This document shows, piece after piece, positions 13,773 to 28,219 of a stretch of 64,000 nt of DNA. Both the position numbers and the translations under genes were made by a program. Origin of the DNA: the human T2T-CHM13v2.0 reference genome, Homo sapiens; assembly GCF_009914755.1 (NCBI RefSeq), contig NC_060936.1. The stretch is one strand, 5' to 3'. The notes under the pieces are model-generated. The model did no database searches, had not been told where the DNA came from, and worked only from the letters and a program-made list of their open reading frames with translations. Position 1 is the stretch's first letter. Each line of letters opens with the position of its first letter.

Positions 13773-14302
13773 GACATGATAAGCTCCTTACAAGAAGGAA
13801 ATGGTATCTTAAACGACTTTATTTATAAAATAAATTTTTAAGTAATCACTTAGTCCTATCATCTACTCATATACACTATTAAAGCATAAAACAACTTGAA
13901 TTACCTTTTTACTTATATTTAGTTAGTTACAGATGTTTTATCAGTCCCTTGTTAGTATTTAAAATCAATCTGGTTATTGTCAAGTTATTCATTATTACAA
14001 CCTGGATTTGAGTCTAATACAAGAAGGCTTTGGATGAAAGAATTTTATCTGGTGTACTGTGTAGTTTTGGCATGTTCTTTATGTTTCAAGAGAAGAGTCT
14101 CTCTTAACCAAATACAGTATTAGATTTTGGAATTTTGATATAATTTGGCAAATAAAAATATTCTCCACAGGAAGTGAAAAGTGCTGAATAAATAGCATTA
14201 TTAAAAATATCTATTGTAATAATCAGTACCAGGTACAGTGTTTGGCTTATTAGTAAATACTCAAAAAAACAAAATAATTTCCCTTCCCATGACTCTACCA
14301 GA

Positions 14303-14500
14303 GCAGTAGTTCTCACACTTTGTGTGCATAAGTATCACCTAGGGAATGTGTCTAAAGTGCACATATTTCAAGTCTCATTTTCAGAAATTCTAGTTTAGTA
14401 GATCTGGGTTAAGGCCCAATAATCCATGTTTTAAAATAAGTATCCTTGGCAACTGTGATGAAGACCGTCTGTGAGTGAAGTTTTCAGAAATATTACACTA
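14303..14500. mobile_element. MER5-type hAT MITE
   Basis: gcagtagttctcacactttgtgtgcataagtatcacctaggg...ttctagtttagtagatctggg. Confidence 0.6.
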
Positions 14501-15699
14501 CCAAAATACATGAGGGGGGAAAAACACAATCTTTCTGGCTTTCTGATTCATTACCAATAAAGCTACATAGATCCAAATCTTCCAATATTAAAGAATCAAG
14601 AATTTGTCATTAAATTTGTAATATTTACCAGAAAAGTCCAGTTCTCTGAACAAGCTTTGAAAATACAAAAAGTCAAACACCAAAAATGTCCTACATTTAA
14701 GATTATTCATGGACTACATATTTTGTACTTCTTTGTATAAAGAGTTCCTTTGTCCAGGCTTACATATTTTTTATTTGTAATCATTTTAAAAGAATGAATA
14801 TCTAACAAAAAATCATCTTGATATAACATTTTTCACTATTTTTAGTCCAATATAATAAAATAAATCATAATAAGAACACAAAATAGGGAACGATACTGAA
14901 TCAAAGGTTAAAAATTCGAGGCTATAGCCAATTTAAGAAATTTAACATAGAACCGTATGTTAGTACTATTAAAATGTCAAGTATATATCTACATATAAAT
15001 GAATAAAACAAAAACACACTGAAATAAAAATACAACTAACACAGAATCAGTATAGGAATGTGAAAGAAAAATCAATTGTGAGTGAGGGTCACACTGGAGT
15101 AATACTAATGTGTTAACAAGGTTGTTGAATGGTACTTCTTATTCTGAAGGTGTAAAGGTCCATTGGTCATTATCTTCTAGTAGGACCTATTTAATCACTG
15201 AAACAGCAGAACCACATGAATGGCACCATTTACTATGTGTACAGGTAAAAGAGGAGACCTGTGAGGCTTGTGACAAGAAACCAGGACTTCCACCTCTCAA
15301 ACCATTGTTATATCCACTGTATCACTTGAATTGGCCACATAATAAGGAAATCAAATAGACTGTGTCTCTCAAGCTAAGGAATCACTGTACAGTGTTTGTA
15401 GTGGGCAGAACTGAGGCCTTGGTGGGTTTCAGCTGCAAAGAGAACAAGGCAGGAAAGAAAAGTGCCTATAGGTTGCTCATGAGAAGCAGACCCTGAAATC
15501 CCTTGGTGTTTCCCGAGGAATTGTCTTAATACTTCCCCTTAACAGTCAGGGATGGCTCTGGAAATCCTTGGGCAGAAGACCTACACTGAGAGGGAAACAT
15601 GACATAGGCCAGAAGAGTTCAGGAAGATTCCTAGATTATGACGATGGAGGCTGCTTTTGCACTAAGTTTGTTCAAGCAACAAAGGCTCACTCTTTGGTA

Positions 15700-15900
15700 A
15701 CAATAATGCTGTGACAGCTAAAATGCTCAGAGCCCTTTACTCTCTGTGTCAGGTAGTATTTGAAATCCTATACATCTGTAAATGTGTTAAATCCTCATTA
15801 CATCTCTGTGAAGTAGGGATGATAATTAATCCCCATTCACAAATGAGAAAATAGAACCTTGCCCAAAGTCACACTATTCAAATCCAAACAGTCTGGAGCT
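15700..15900 (-). mobile_element. MIR
   Basis: aatcctcattacatctctgtgaagtagggatgataattaatccccattcacaaatgagaaaa...ttgcccaaagtcacac. Confidence 0.65.
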
Positions 15901-17476
15901 CTGTATCAATAAGGGCTCAAAAATCCTACAGAACTGATAAGAAAGTGTTTTACTGGAATACCAAATGAAGGAACGAACACAGGTTGCTAGAAATAATGTT
16001 TAGTCAGTTTTCCCCAGATCTCAAAGGCCAAATCCCAAATTGAAGAAGCAATTAAGTTCTATTTAAAAAATAGACTTCTTGAGGTAGCAATATACTGGAG
16101 TTCTATTTAAAAAGAAGGGTGTCATCCATTAAAAATATTTAAAAGCAGCTATTATCTCTTCTTAGCATTCATCTGAAAATCAAGGGTCAGCAAATCCAAT
16201 TTCCAGCCCACTGTGGAAATTTATTTTTAACACATTACTGCCTGATAGTAATCTATCCTTTCGTTGAGAGTTTACTATCCTAATGATTCAGTCCATTTCA
16301 TTGCTGGATAGCTCTGATTATTGGGGATATTTTTCTTATATTAAGTAAAAATCTGTGTCCTCATAACATCTACTATCTGCTAAAATAAAATACCTGGTAG
16401 GCTTCTGCCTTTAGTCTGTTCTCCAGGCTATATACCTCTGGTTTCTTCAACAGGTTTATAAACATGGTTTTGAAACCTTTACTTGTCCCTCACTTTTATT
16501 CATTTACCTACTGTCTTAGTTCAGTATATATCCTGGCTGTTGGCAATCATGTTTGCCCCTTAATCAGACAATCTCTCACCTTTCCCTCCAGCACTGATAC
16601 TGCAGTTCAGCGCACATTATTGGATTCAAGGGCTCCCACTGCTTAGGCAAGAACAGGAGGTGAAAGCGTTCTACTCTTCATTCTGGAATGAGGGTCAGGA
16701 GAGGGTATGTATTTCTGATAACTGGGTTTGGAACTTAGAATGTATTTTCTCTTCAAATATGGGATGAGTGACTGAAACAGTTCTATTAGATCAATGTTTT
16801 CGATACAATTTGGTTAAAATAGAATTTAGTTAATGCTGCCCTGGAAACTATCTTTTAATGGAAAAATGCATTCTCACTCCAAATAAACTTATAAAGGAGT
16901 TATTAGAGTATAGCTAATTGATACATAGGAATGTACTTGCATATTTGAAAAAAATTAGAAAATTATACCATGCAGCCATGTAAAATCAATGTTAAATATG
17001 TGGGTCTCATTCTATCAATGAAACAGTCCTTGTGTACAGTGAAATAATAAATAAAATGGGCAGAATTTAAACACAAAAGATACTTGGGAATTAAAAAAAA
17101 GGTTTTGCTTTATTTTGCTATCATAGAAAATACATTTAACCAACCAGAATTTACCCTGGAATTTAGGCCTGTTTCAAACACAAAAGAGTCTGTCCCTGCT
17201 TTGTGAAGAAATTACATGGTTCTAATATTCCACTGCTGAAAGAGCTTTGAAAAAAATGCTCCAAATTTAATTCCATTGTATGTCAAATTTAAAAATATAT
17301 GTTAAAAAGTGAGTTTCTGAATCCAAAGTTTTTAGTTTTTCAAAAAAGGATAGAAAAAAAAACAATTATTTTTTTTCACTTTTGTACCTTTGAGTGGAAC
17401 TCAAGTAACAGAAAAATGTTACCCTCAGTAGATCCAAATTATTCTTGCAGTTTGTTTCTACTCATTCTAGTTTCTA

Positions 17477-17854
<378 letters not shown>

Positions 17855-20122
17855 CTATTGATAGTTACCCAAAGAAACAGGGTTATTTTGATAGAAAAAG
17901 ATGTATTCAATTTGAAAAAAATATAAGGAGAACTACAGTAATAACATCAAATTAACGTGGGAATTCATGCAAGCTGTTGAAAAGATCACAATATAAAGAC
18001 TATGTTCAAATAAATTTATTTTGGAGTTTGTATAATCAAGAAAAGGCACCTGAGCAAGTAGATAAGGTTGAAAGCTTCCAAAGTGATGCACATCCCACAA
18101 CTAGGGACAGTGGCAGCTGGTAGTTTCACTAAAACTGTATCACTTTAATTGGCCACATAATAAGGTTATGTTATATTAAGCTGCAAGTCCATGGAATGAA
18201 TCAGAAGTCATCATTCACTGTGAATTAATGTCCTTAAAAGACTGCCATAAGAGAATGTAATATAGTGGTAAAAATCTGGGACAAGTGAAGGAACGCCTCA
18301 AAAAAGACACAATGAGTAAGACAGTGTCAGAATGTATCTAGCATTGTGTAAAAAGATGAGAAACTGACATGGGACCCATGAGAATCATTTATGTTTCCCG
18401 AAAAAGGGTACTCTGGTGAGCTAAGTCTCTAGCATGATTAAGCTCTGTAGACTCATTTCGTGCTAAGTGAACTCACTGGAGACTGGCTTTTAAAAGACCA
18501 TAATGCCAGTTTGTTGATGCACAATGGAAGATATGTCTGGCACATTTAAGGATGACAAGTTTATCACAAGACATTTCTTTTCTGGTGGAAACATTAATAG
18601 CTAAACCAGCTGATTATTTTAAAGTTAACCTGAAAACAAAGAAAACAAAATACTGCTGGTGAGTCACTGATGAAATGTGATAGAATTCAAATCTTAAATA
18701 CACATTCTGAACCATGGCTTTGCCCAGCTTTTCAAGCCATTCTAAAACAAGTTAGCTTTACTCACATCAGACAGTGGTCATCCAAGCAATATGTTAAATC
18801 AGGCTGAATATTTCCATAGTTAAAAATCTACAGTTTGTGAATATTTATCAATACCTTCATAATATTTCAAAAATCAAATCTGTTTTGAATACGTTTAAGT
18901 CTCATTGATTCATCAATGGCTTCTGTCTACTATTTTTTAAACTAATGATGATGGTTCTTATCTAAAATTTTAATACCAACATGGACTCATTCATCTTGAA
19001 AAAAAGTGTTTTCCTTTTTTAAATTAATAAACCAAACCTATAAATTAACTATGTAGCATGAAGGATGTGTTTTACTGATCACACTAAAAAGCTGCCAACC
19101 ATTTTAAGACTGAATTCTGACAGCTGTTGCAAAAAGAGAAATTCCCAGTGGAATTACTCCCATCATCATGAAAACTGCGAATGTTTTGCAGTCAGAGTGT
19201 AAAGTGATGATAACAATTATGAAAACAATTCATTCCATTTGTGCAGTGTTTTATAGTTTCCAAGTTCTACCATATACATTTTCATAAAGACCTGTATGGC
19301 AATGTCAAACCTTACATGTAATCACTAAGAAATTAACATAAATACCAAATCTAAAAAGGCAGAAAACAGAAATATTGAAAGAAAATTCAAATATTTAAAG
19401 CCAAAAGAATTTGACATGTGTCATGCTACTAAGTTTCAGAATCTTCACAATAATTTAAGAATAAGAATAGTTATATTGTGCAAAATAATTCTTCCATATA
19501 GAGGCAGGGGAAAATTAAAACAGAAGCTATTTTGATGCTTTCATTTTCAATAAAATAAAACAATGAAATCACAAGTGTTAAATGAAGGGATAGAAAGGAG
19601 AGTAGTATAAAACAGAATAAGTTGTCTAAATTTTATTTAAAATGAAAAAAAGTTCCATAGCTATACAAAGTATTTTAGGTACTTAAGTTATAGAGTCAGA
19701 ATGTAACCAAAAACTGACCTGGGATTCAGAAACCTGCATTCTAATAGCACCTCCGTGTCTTCTGTCCAGGTTAGGTAACATAATCACTTGTACACTGAAT
19801 ATTTATTTATTAAGTACCTAGTGTATAAGCTATGTGAATTACTAAGATCCCACAGATATGTTATTAAATCCTGTTGCTGCCCTCAAGAAGCTCATAGTTT
19901 AATTTAAAAGAATGAAATGGAAAGACAATATTTTAATATCACGACACATAAAAGCAACAGTGAGGCACAAAGGACAGAGCAAATAATTTATTTGCTGTAG
20001 AATATTTCTTGATTTTCCAGGGAATTAATGTTAGGGTTGTGCCTTGTCATAGAGGTTTGCCAGCAGGTCTGACGATCTGGGAGGGCACTGGAGGTCACTG
20101 AAATGACACATCTGAAGGACTA

Positions 20123-20500
<378 letters not shown>

Positions 20501-20927
20501 GAATGCATACAAATGAGAAGTATGATGTAAGGCTATAGCAGAAGCTTCTGTTATGGAGGGGACTTGAATGTAATGCTCTATGTTTGGACTTTGTATTGTA
20601 GGCAATGGGAAATCACAAAGCGAAGTTTAAAGAGAAATAACAGGATTAAATCTGTTCTATGAAGACATTACTCTGGTGAGAGCCAAGTGGGTGAACTGGA
20701 GGCTGACTGAACTAAAGGTATATTGTTCTGAAGCCTATTTCAAATCATTATACTGGCAACAGGCAATTGCAGATTATCTGGATTAATGGAAAATAGTAAG
20801 GGGAGGAGCTGAAATTCACTGACAGCCTTGTATCTCCCTCTGAGCAAGAGCTGCGACTTCAGCCCACACTAAATTTTGTCCTGTACAGACTGCCTTGATT
20901 TTCATCTTCCTTTCTCTAACCCTGGTA

Positions 20928-21427
20928 AATATATTAGTTTGTGTTGCTGCCATGACAAATTACCACAAGGTTAGTGACTTTAAAACAAAACACATTTATT
21001 ATCTCACAGCTCTGTAGGTCACGAATCTGACAAGTGTCTCACTTGGGGGTCAAAAATCACAGGTGTCAGTAGAGCTCTGTCCCTTCCTGGAAGCTCCAGG
21101 GAAAAATCATTTCCTTGTCTTTTGCAGCTTTTAGAGGTCTCCTAATTCCCTGGCTGGTGGCCCCCTTCCTCAGTCTTCAAAGCCAACAATGATTTGTCAA
21201 GTCCCTCTCATGCTACTTCACTATGACCTTTGCTTTGCCTCCCTTGTGACTATATTGGCTCCACTCAGAAAATCCAGAATAATCTCCCTAATTAAGGTAA
21301 ACTGATTAGCACATTTAATTCAGTCTGCACCTTAATTTCCTTTTGCCATGTAATGCAACATATTCACAGGCTCTGGGAACTAGGATGTTTGTATGTCCTT
21401 GGGGGGACCATTATTCTGGCTATCACA
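20928..21427 (-). mobile_element. MaLR solo LTR (MLT1C/D-like)
   Basis: tattagtttgtgttgctgccatgacaaattaccacaa...ttaaggtaaactgattagc...ccattattctggctatcaca. Confidence 0.8.
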
Positions 21428-21495
21428 GTAAACGTACTAATAAGCAGTAAAATAAGCAAAAGCCAACAGTTATAATGAGAAGGAAGGAATGAAAG

Positions 21496-21773
21496 ACAAG
21501 GACATCTATTTAAAAGGTAATCAGTTCTAGAAAAATCAGGCATAACTACATTCTCTTTCACAGGGCAGGACATGATATATTTAGGTCAGAACTATTCACA
21601 AACTTAATTTTAAAAGTCAGGTCATGGTCTTATGGGGAGATACATTTAACTTACAATTACAAAGTACATTCCAATGTTTTCATAAATAATGATGTCAGCC
21701 AACCATTTAAGTAATGGGCTACCTACCACTGAGTTTACAATCTTCTAAACCTTTATGCAGTAGTTTGCATTTT
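21496..21773 (+). repeat. Copy A of an approx. 270-bp dispersed local duplication
   Basis: Aligns by eye to 23384-23655; shared block tttacaatcttctaaacctttatgcagtagtttg. Confidence 0.9.
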
Positions 21774-23013
21774 CAAGGGACTGTATTCATTCAAAAGTTG
21801 CACAAAGGCATAAGGGAACCCTCTTATGCATAAAAGAACAATATGAACAACTGAAAAAGGCTTTCTTTCCTTTTTAGACTCAAAGCAGGCATACCTTCTC
21901 CTTTCAAAGTCATTTTATAATATCTATCAGACAAACTATCATCTTCTTCAAAGATTCCCTGGGCCAACTTTGGTCATCTCACACATACCATCTCTTCCCC
22001 AGAGTGAAGTTGAAAGGTTTGCAACTCTCTGTAGACATTTAAGAACAGCCAAGGCCGGAAATCTACGTGCATTGCTATCTTAGAGATTATGTGACACTCA
22101 GCTTCCAGTCCTGAATTTTAAATCTGACTCACACAAAACAGAAACATATAGGCTTTGGAAATGACAGTCTATCCTAATGCTGACTTTTAACTAGCAATAA
22201 AAGACTAAACATGAATACTTCATATGCTTAACAAAATACATCTACTAAGTTCCTATTTGAACAAAGCATTTCCTAGGAATTTCTGAAAAAGCTATCTTTT
22301 TCACTATTACTTGCATTATAGAATTAACAGTAAAATAATTGTCTGCTGGTTTATTGAATTTATCTACCGTAAATTTTTGAGAAGAAATTAAGAATAATTA
22401 TATTAAAAAACACCTGATAGACTTACTAAATTAAAAATTAAAGACTGATAATAGAGAGGTAGAACATGAAGATAATTATATGAAAACCTTAGTGACATAG
22501 ACACTATGAGTTAGCTCTAAAATTCCTGGCAGCCAAGGCAAAATAGTAAATATTTTAGAAAATTTTAACTGTTTGACAAAATAAAATGTATCAGCTCATA
22601 ATACAGACAATTTTTTTCTGGCATGGGACTATAAAGACGTTAATTTCATAAATAAAAGGGATATGGAACATACTCTTCCTGACAAGAGCCAGTCTAAGTA
22701 GGACAAATTAACTGCTGACTTACTCAACAGTCTTATAGGCCATATTCATATTGTGATATAGGACAAGTTACATGAGAAAGTATGGAGTAGTTTATTGACT
22801 GTAAGACCTTAAAGATTTCCATTATCTAAGTTATGTTCTTTAGCTCTTTTAGTTCCTAGTGCTATAAATATATATATTTTTTGGTACCATATGCCAAAGT
22901 ACATTGACTACAGAGAATTTAGAATGCCATTACATTAAAAGAGGTTCTTTTAACTAAAAATAATTATATTTTCCTATTGGGAGACTGTTTGTATACTCAA
23001 AAACAAGGATAAC

Positions 23014-23374
23014 TCTATTAGTCTGCTCTTATGCTGCTATAAAGACACATCTAAGACTGGGTAATTTATAAATAAAAAGAGGTTGAATGGACTCAGAGTT
23101 CCACATGGCTAGGGAGGCCTCACAATCATGGTGGAAGGCAAAGGAGAGCAAAGGTATGTCTTACACGGTGGCAGGCAAGAAAGAATATGCAGGGGAACTA
23201 CCCTTTACAAAACCATCAGATCTCAAAAGACTTACTCCTTATCACAAGAACAGAATTGGAACCCCCCCTCCATGATTCAATTACCTCCCATTGAGTCCTT
23301 CCCATGAAATGTGGGTATTACAGGAGCTACAATTCAAGAGGTGATTTGGGTGGGGACACAGCCAAACCGTATCA
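23014..23374 (-). mobile_element. THE1 solo LTR (THE1C/D-like) with 5-bp TSD
   Basis: tctattagtc...gggtggggacacagccaaaccgtatca; TSD ataac at 23009-23013 and 23375-23379. Confidence 0.92.
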
Positions 23375-23383
23375 ATAACTATC

Positions 23384-23655
23384 ACAAGGGCATCCACTTA
23401 AATGTTAGTTCCAGAAAAATTTAGGCAATAACTATATTCTCTTTCATAGGGCAGAAGATGACATATTTAGATCAGAATAATCCACAAACCTAATTTTTAA
23501 AAGTCAGGTCATGGACTTGTGGAAAGATACACTGAACTTACATTTAAAAACATGTGAATTCCAATGTTTACAGAAATAATATCAGCCAACCATTTAAGTG
23601 ATGGGTTACCACTATATTTACAATCTTCTAAACCTTTATGCAGTAGTTTGAATTT
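23384..23655 (+). repeat. Copy B of the approx. 270-bp local duplication
   Basis: Aligns to 21496-21773, roughly 80% identical by eye. Confidence 0.9.
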
Positions 23656-23685
23656 CTTCTCAAAAAATACATCATATTTTCCATC

Positions 23686-26137
23686 TGATATAATTTGGAT
23701 ATTCATCCCTGCCCAAATCTTATGTTGAAATGTAGTCCCCAGTGCTGAGGTAGGGCATGGTGGGAGACGTTTGGATCATGGAGGTGGATCCCTCAAGGTT
23801 TGGTGCTAAATCATGAGATTTGGTCATCTAAAAGTGTGAGGTACCTCCCCTGACCCACTCTCCTACTGCTTGCTCCTGCTTTTGCCATGTGATGTGTCTG
23901 CTTCTCCTTTGCCTTCTGCCATAATTGCAGGCTTCCTAAGGCCTCCCAAGAAGCTAAGCAGATGCCAGCACCACTCTTCCTCAAAAGCCTACATAGGAGT
24001 AAACCAATTATACCTCTTTTCTTCATAAATTACCAACTCTCAGGTATTTATTTATAGCAATGCAAGAACAGCCTAATACAGAAAGTTGATACCAGGGGTG
24101 AAGCATTGCTATAAAAATACCTGAAAATGTGGAAGTGACGTTGGCACTGTGTAATGGGCAGAGGTTGGAAGAATTTGGAGGGCTCAGAAGACAGGAAGAT
24201 CAAGAAAAATTTGGAACTTTTAAGAGACCGACTAAATGGTTGTGACCAAAATGCTGATAGTGATATGGACGGTGAAGTCTAGACTGCTGAGGTCTCAGGT
24301 AGAAATGAGGAACTTATTGGGAACTGTAGCAAAGGTCATGTGTATTATGCCTTAGCAAAGAACTTGGCTGCTGTCTGTTCATGTGTCAGGGGTCTGTGAA
24401 AGCTTGAGCTTGAGATTGATTACTACAGTATCTAGTAGAAGAAACTTCTAAGCAACAAAGCATTCAAGAAGTCGCCTGTCTGCTTCTAACAGCTTATCCT
24501 CAGATGAGGGAGAAAAGGAATTACTTAAAGTTGCTGCTTATATTTATAAGGTAGGCAGAGCATAAAAATTTGGAAAATTTGCAGCCTGGCCATGTGGCAG
24601 AAAAAGAAAAAAGCTTTTTTGGGAGAGGAATTCAAGCATGCTGTGGAGCAACCATTTGCTAGAGAAATTTGCATAACTAAAAGGAAGCCAGGTGCTAATA
24701 GCCAAGACTATGGGAAAAAGTCTTGAAGGAATTTCAGAGAACTTCACAACAGGTCTTCCCATCACAGGCCTAGAGGCCTAGGAGTATAGAATGGTTTTGT
24801 AGGCCAGCCCAGAGCCTACTGCCCTGTGCAGCCTTGAGACACTGCTCCCCACATACTGGCCTCTCCAGCTCCAGCTGTGACTCAAAGGGGCCTGCCTAGG
24901 TATAGCTCAGGCCACAGCTCCAGAAGGTGCAAGGCATAAGCCTTGCTGTCTTCTACATGGTGTTAAGCCTATAGATATGCAGAATGCAAAAGTGAAGAAT
25001 GCTTGGCAGCCTCTGCCAAGATTTTGGAGGATGCGTGAGAAAGCCTGGGTGCCCTGGCAGAAGCCTGCTGCAGGGGCAGAGCCCTCACAGAGAACCCCTA
25101 CTAGGGAAGTACCAAGGGGAAATGTGGGGTTGAGCCCTCAGACAGAGTCCCCTATTGCCTAGTGGAGCTGTGAGAAATGGGCCACCATCCTCTAGACCCC
25201 AGAATGGTAGATCTACTGGCAGCTTGCACCCTGCGTCTGGAAAAGCCATAGGCATTCAACTTCAACTCATGGGATCAGCCCTGGGGACTGAACCCTGCAA
25301 AGCCACAAGGGTAAAGGTGCCCAAGGCCTTGGGAGCCCAGCCCTTGCATCAGTGTTCCCTGGATGTGGAACATGCAGTCAGAGGAGATTATTTTGAAGCT
25401 TTAATATTTAATTACAGCCCTGCTGGGTTTCAAACTTGCATGGGGCCTGTACCCCCTTTCTTCCTTTCTTTTGGCTGATTTCTCCCTTTTGGAATGAGAA
25501 TATTTGTTTACCCAATGCCTATACCCCCAGTGTATCTTGGAAGTAACTAACTTGATTTTTATTTTACAGGCTCAAAAGTGGAAGGGATTTTCCTTGTCTC
25601 AGATGAGATCTTGAACTTTTGAGTTAAGCTGGAATGAGTTAAGACTTTGAGGGACCATTGGGAAGGCAAGATTGTATTTTGCAACGTGAGAAGGACATGA
25701 GATTTGGAAGGGGCCAGAGGTGGAATGATGTAGTTTGGATATTTGTCCCCATGCAAATCTCATGTTGAATTGTAATCCCAAGGCTGGATGTGAGGCCTGG
25801 TGGGTGTGTTTGGGTCATGGGGTGGATCCTTCATGGTTTGGTCCTGTCTTAATGATAGTGAGTTCATACAAGACACAGTCATTTAAAACTGTGTGGCACC
25901 TCACCCTGCACTCTCTCTCTCTCGCGCTTGCTCTTGCTTTTGCCATGTGACGTGACTGCTCCCCCTTTGCCTTCTTCCATGATTGTAAGATTCCCAAGGC
26001 CTCCCCAGAAGCTGGGCAGATGCCAGCACCATGCTTCCTGTAAAGTTTGTAGAACCATAAGCCAAGTAAATCTCTTTTCTTTGTAAATTACTCAGTCTTA
26101 AGTATTTATTTGTAGCAATGCAAGAATGGCCTAATCA
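23686..26137 (+). mobile_element. MST (MSTA/MSTB-like) MaLR provirus: LTR 23686-24080, internal 24081-25725, LTR 25726-26137
   Basis: Two homologous LTRs (tgat...tttggata...gcagatgccagcacc...gcaatgcaagaa..gcctaat(a)ca), a polypurine tract before the 3' LTR, and TSD (c/t)catc. Confidence 0.92.
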
Positions 26138-26759
26138 TCATCACATGGAAAATACATCAATAGCTTTAATAGAAAAATGTTTTACTCAAGATACAAACAT
26201 CTTAAGAACTATTTTTAAAAAATTAATGAAATTTTCAAACATATTTTCATGTATTTGGTACACTGAGAAATCCTCTTTGTACATTATAACATGAAAGACA
26301 TAAAGCCAAAATTAAAAGTTAGAAAAGTAGAAATCACAATTGCACATATTTCATACGAGGGATTTGAGCTAACATACTAGTCAATTGTATCATACTACCA
26401 TTAAATCAAGCAATGATACAAAAATCATAGAAACCTGCAGAAAGTTTACTTATTAATCACATTTAATATATTAGAAAATAATTTTCATAATTTAAATAAC
26501 TTTATTAGTCTTTTTGGAAGAACAAAGAAGAAAATGTGCCAATGGAACTTATAAGGGATTTCTACATATGCCAATGTTGCCAATGTGACCTACCCTCTGC
26601 CTCAGAAGTGAGTTCCCTCACTCTGGCTTCATACCTCTGGCGGCCTCAGGAAAGACCAATTACTTGTCTCACCTCGCTCAGCCACATCACTGACTTTCCT
26701 TTAAGCATCATGGAGAACAATGAAGTAAGCTCTCTCATCTGAACTCTAATTCACCAATT

Positions 26760-27310
26760 TGCCACATTGACCTATTAATTCGTTCTATAAAATACATGCC
26801 CACTGGACATTGAACATATGGGACTTCACATAGGCTCACATTTCCCATTTGTTGAATTGTATGTATAACAGGTTACATGTGATTGTTCCCAAACCTGTTT
26901 ATGCCTGTCATTGTAATTATATAATTCAATCAAATGTTACATAAAGCAACAAAACATAAAATACTAAAAGAGAGTTGTTGCATTAAAAACAAAACTTCAT
27001 GCTTTGGAAAAAGCCAATAAAGGTTGAGTTATTTTAAAAGTTGTGTGGGTAACACAACCATAAAAAATTAGGGATAAGAGAGAAGTAAAAGTCTAGAAAG
27101 ATTTTGCCCTTGGGTTTCTTCATATGTGTCTTTCAGTTCTGGTTTACTTGAAAGCCTGGAATTCATAGATGACAATATGAGTGTGGTTTATGTTAAAAAA
27201 AAAACAATCTGGAAACTCAAACAGTGGATATGATGAATTATTGTACAACTAGAAATAAAATGTTTAAGGTATGTATGCATCATTTCCTCACGACTGTCTT
27301 TTTCAGTTTA
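26760..27310 (+). mobile_element. TcMar-Tigger relic with decayed transposase HTH coding remnants
   Basis: Fragments translate to RVVALKTKLHALEKANKG, VGNTTIKN* and LEFIDD..VWFM, resembling the HTH-psq/CENP-B DNA-binding domains of Tigger transposases; disrupted by stops and frameshifts. Confidence 0.55.
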
Positions 27311-28050
27311 CTAAAAAAGTGCTGATTCTAATCTTGTCAGACAACACTTTTCACCTCGCCTCATCATGTCTCAATTATCTGCTTATTTCAGCAACAAGAA
27401 GGAGTCTAAGATTTTCAGATCACCTATTTATACCTGGCCATTTACCTCCACACTAACCTGGTAACATTCACTAATTTGACTCAATCTTCCTCTCATCTCA
27501 GCCGTCCCATACTCTTTTTCTGTGCCCTGTGAACTAAGTCTAGACGTGAGGCATAACCTTCTTACACCTTGGATCCAGAGGCTAGGCTGTTTTCTCTCAT
27601 ATTTTAGATACCTCTGGGCCTGAGGAGTGGGAGAGGATGAAAAGAGGGGCAAGAAATGACTGTACTATCCTCTAATTCTCACTTAGTTGTCTGTCTACTT
27701 TTTGGTCACTGTTCATTCAATAAAGATTTCAGTACTGGCCTCACAAGTTTCTTCTCCATTCTTACCCCTGTATCATGATTCTCGGTGACAGTGGCATCAA
27801 CATGGACCATCCACACAACATCTGAGTCTCTTTTAACTGCTCTACCACCAAAATCCTTTAAGTATCTTCCTCTCTGGCCAGCACAGCCTACTCTCAAGGC
27901 TCACTTACTTGAATTCCCCACTGACATAATATGTCACTCTCATGTAGACTTTATTCCAGACACTGCTTCTTTTTTATTATCCATCATCACTCATTCCTGC
28001 CCCTTACCCACAATAATACTTACTATGTGAGTACTCTATATTTCCCAAAC

Positions 28051-28219
28051 CAGAGGGTCTCAGATATTGGTGTGCTACAGGATCTCCTGGAAGACTTGTT
28101 CAAAAACACAAGACTATTAGGCCCTGTCCCCAGAATTTCTGATTCAGTAGGTCTAGGACCAAGAATTTGCCTTTCCAACAAATTTTCAGGTGATGCTGAT
28201 CCTGCTTTGAAAATTACTT
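28051..28219. mobile_element. MER5A-like MITE nested in L2-like sequence
   Basis: cccagaatttctgattcagtaggtctagg...aattttcaggtgatgctgatcctgct. Confidence 0.75.
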
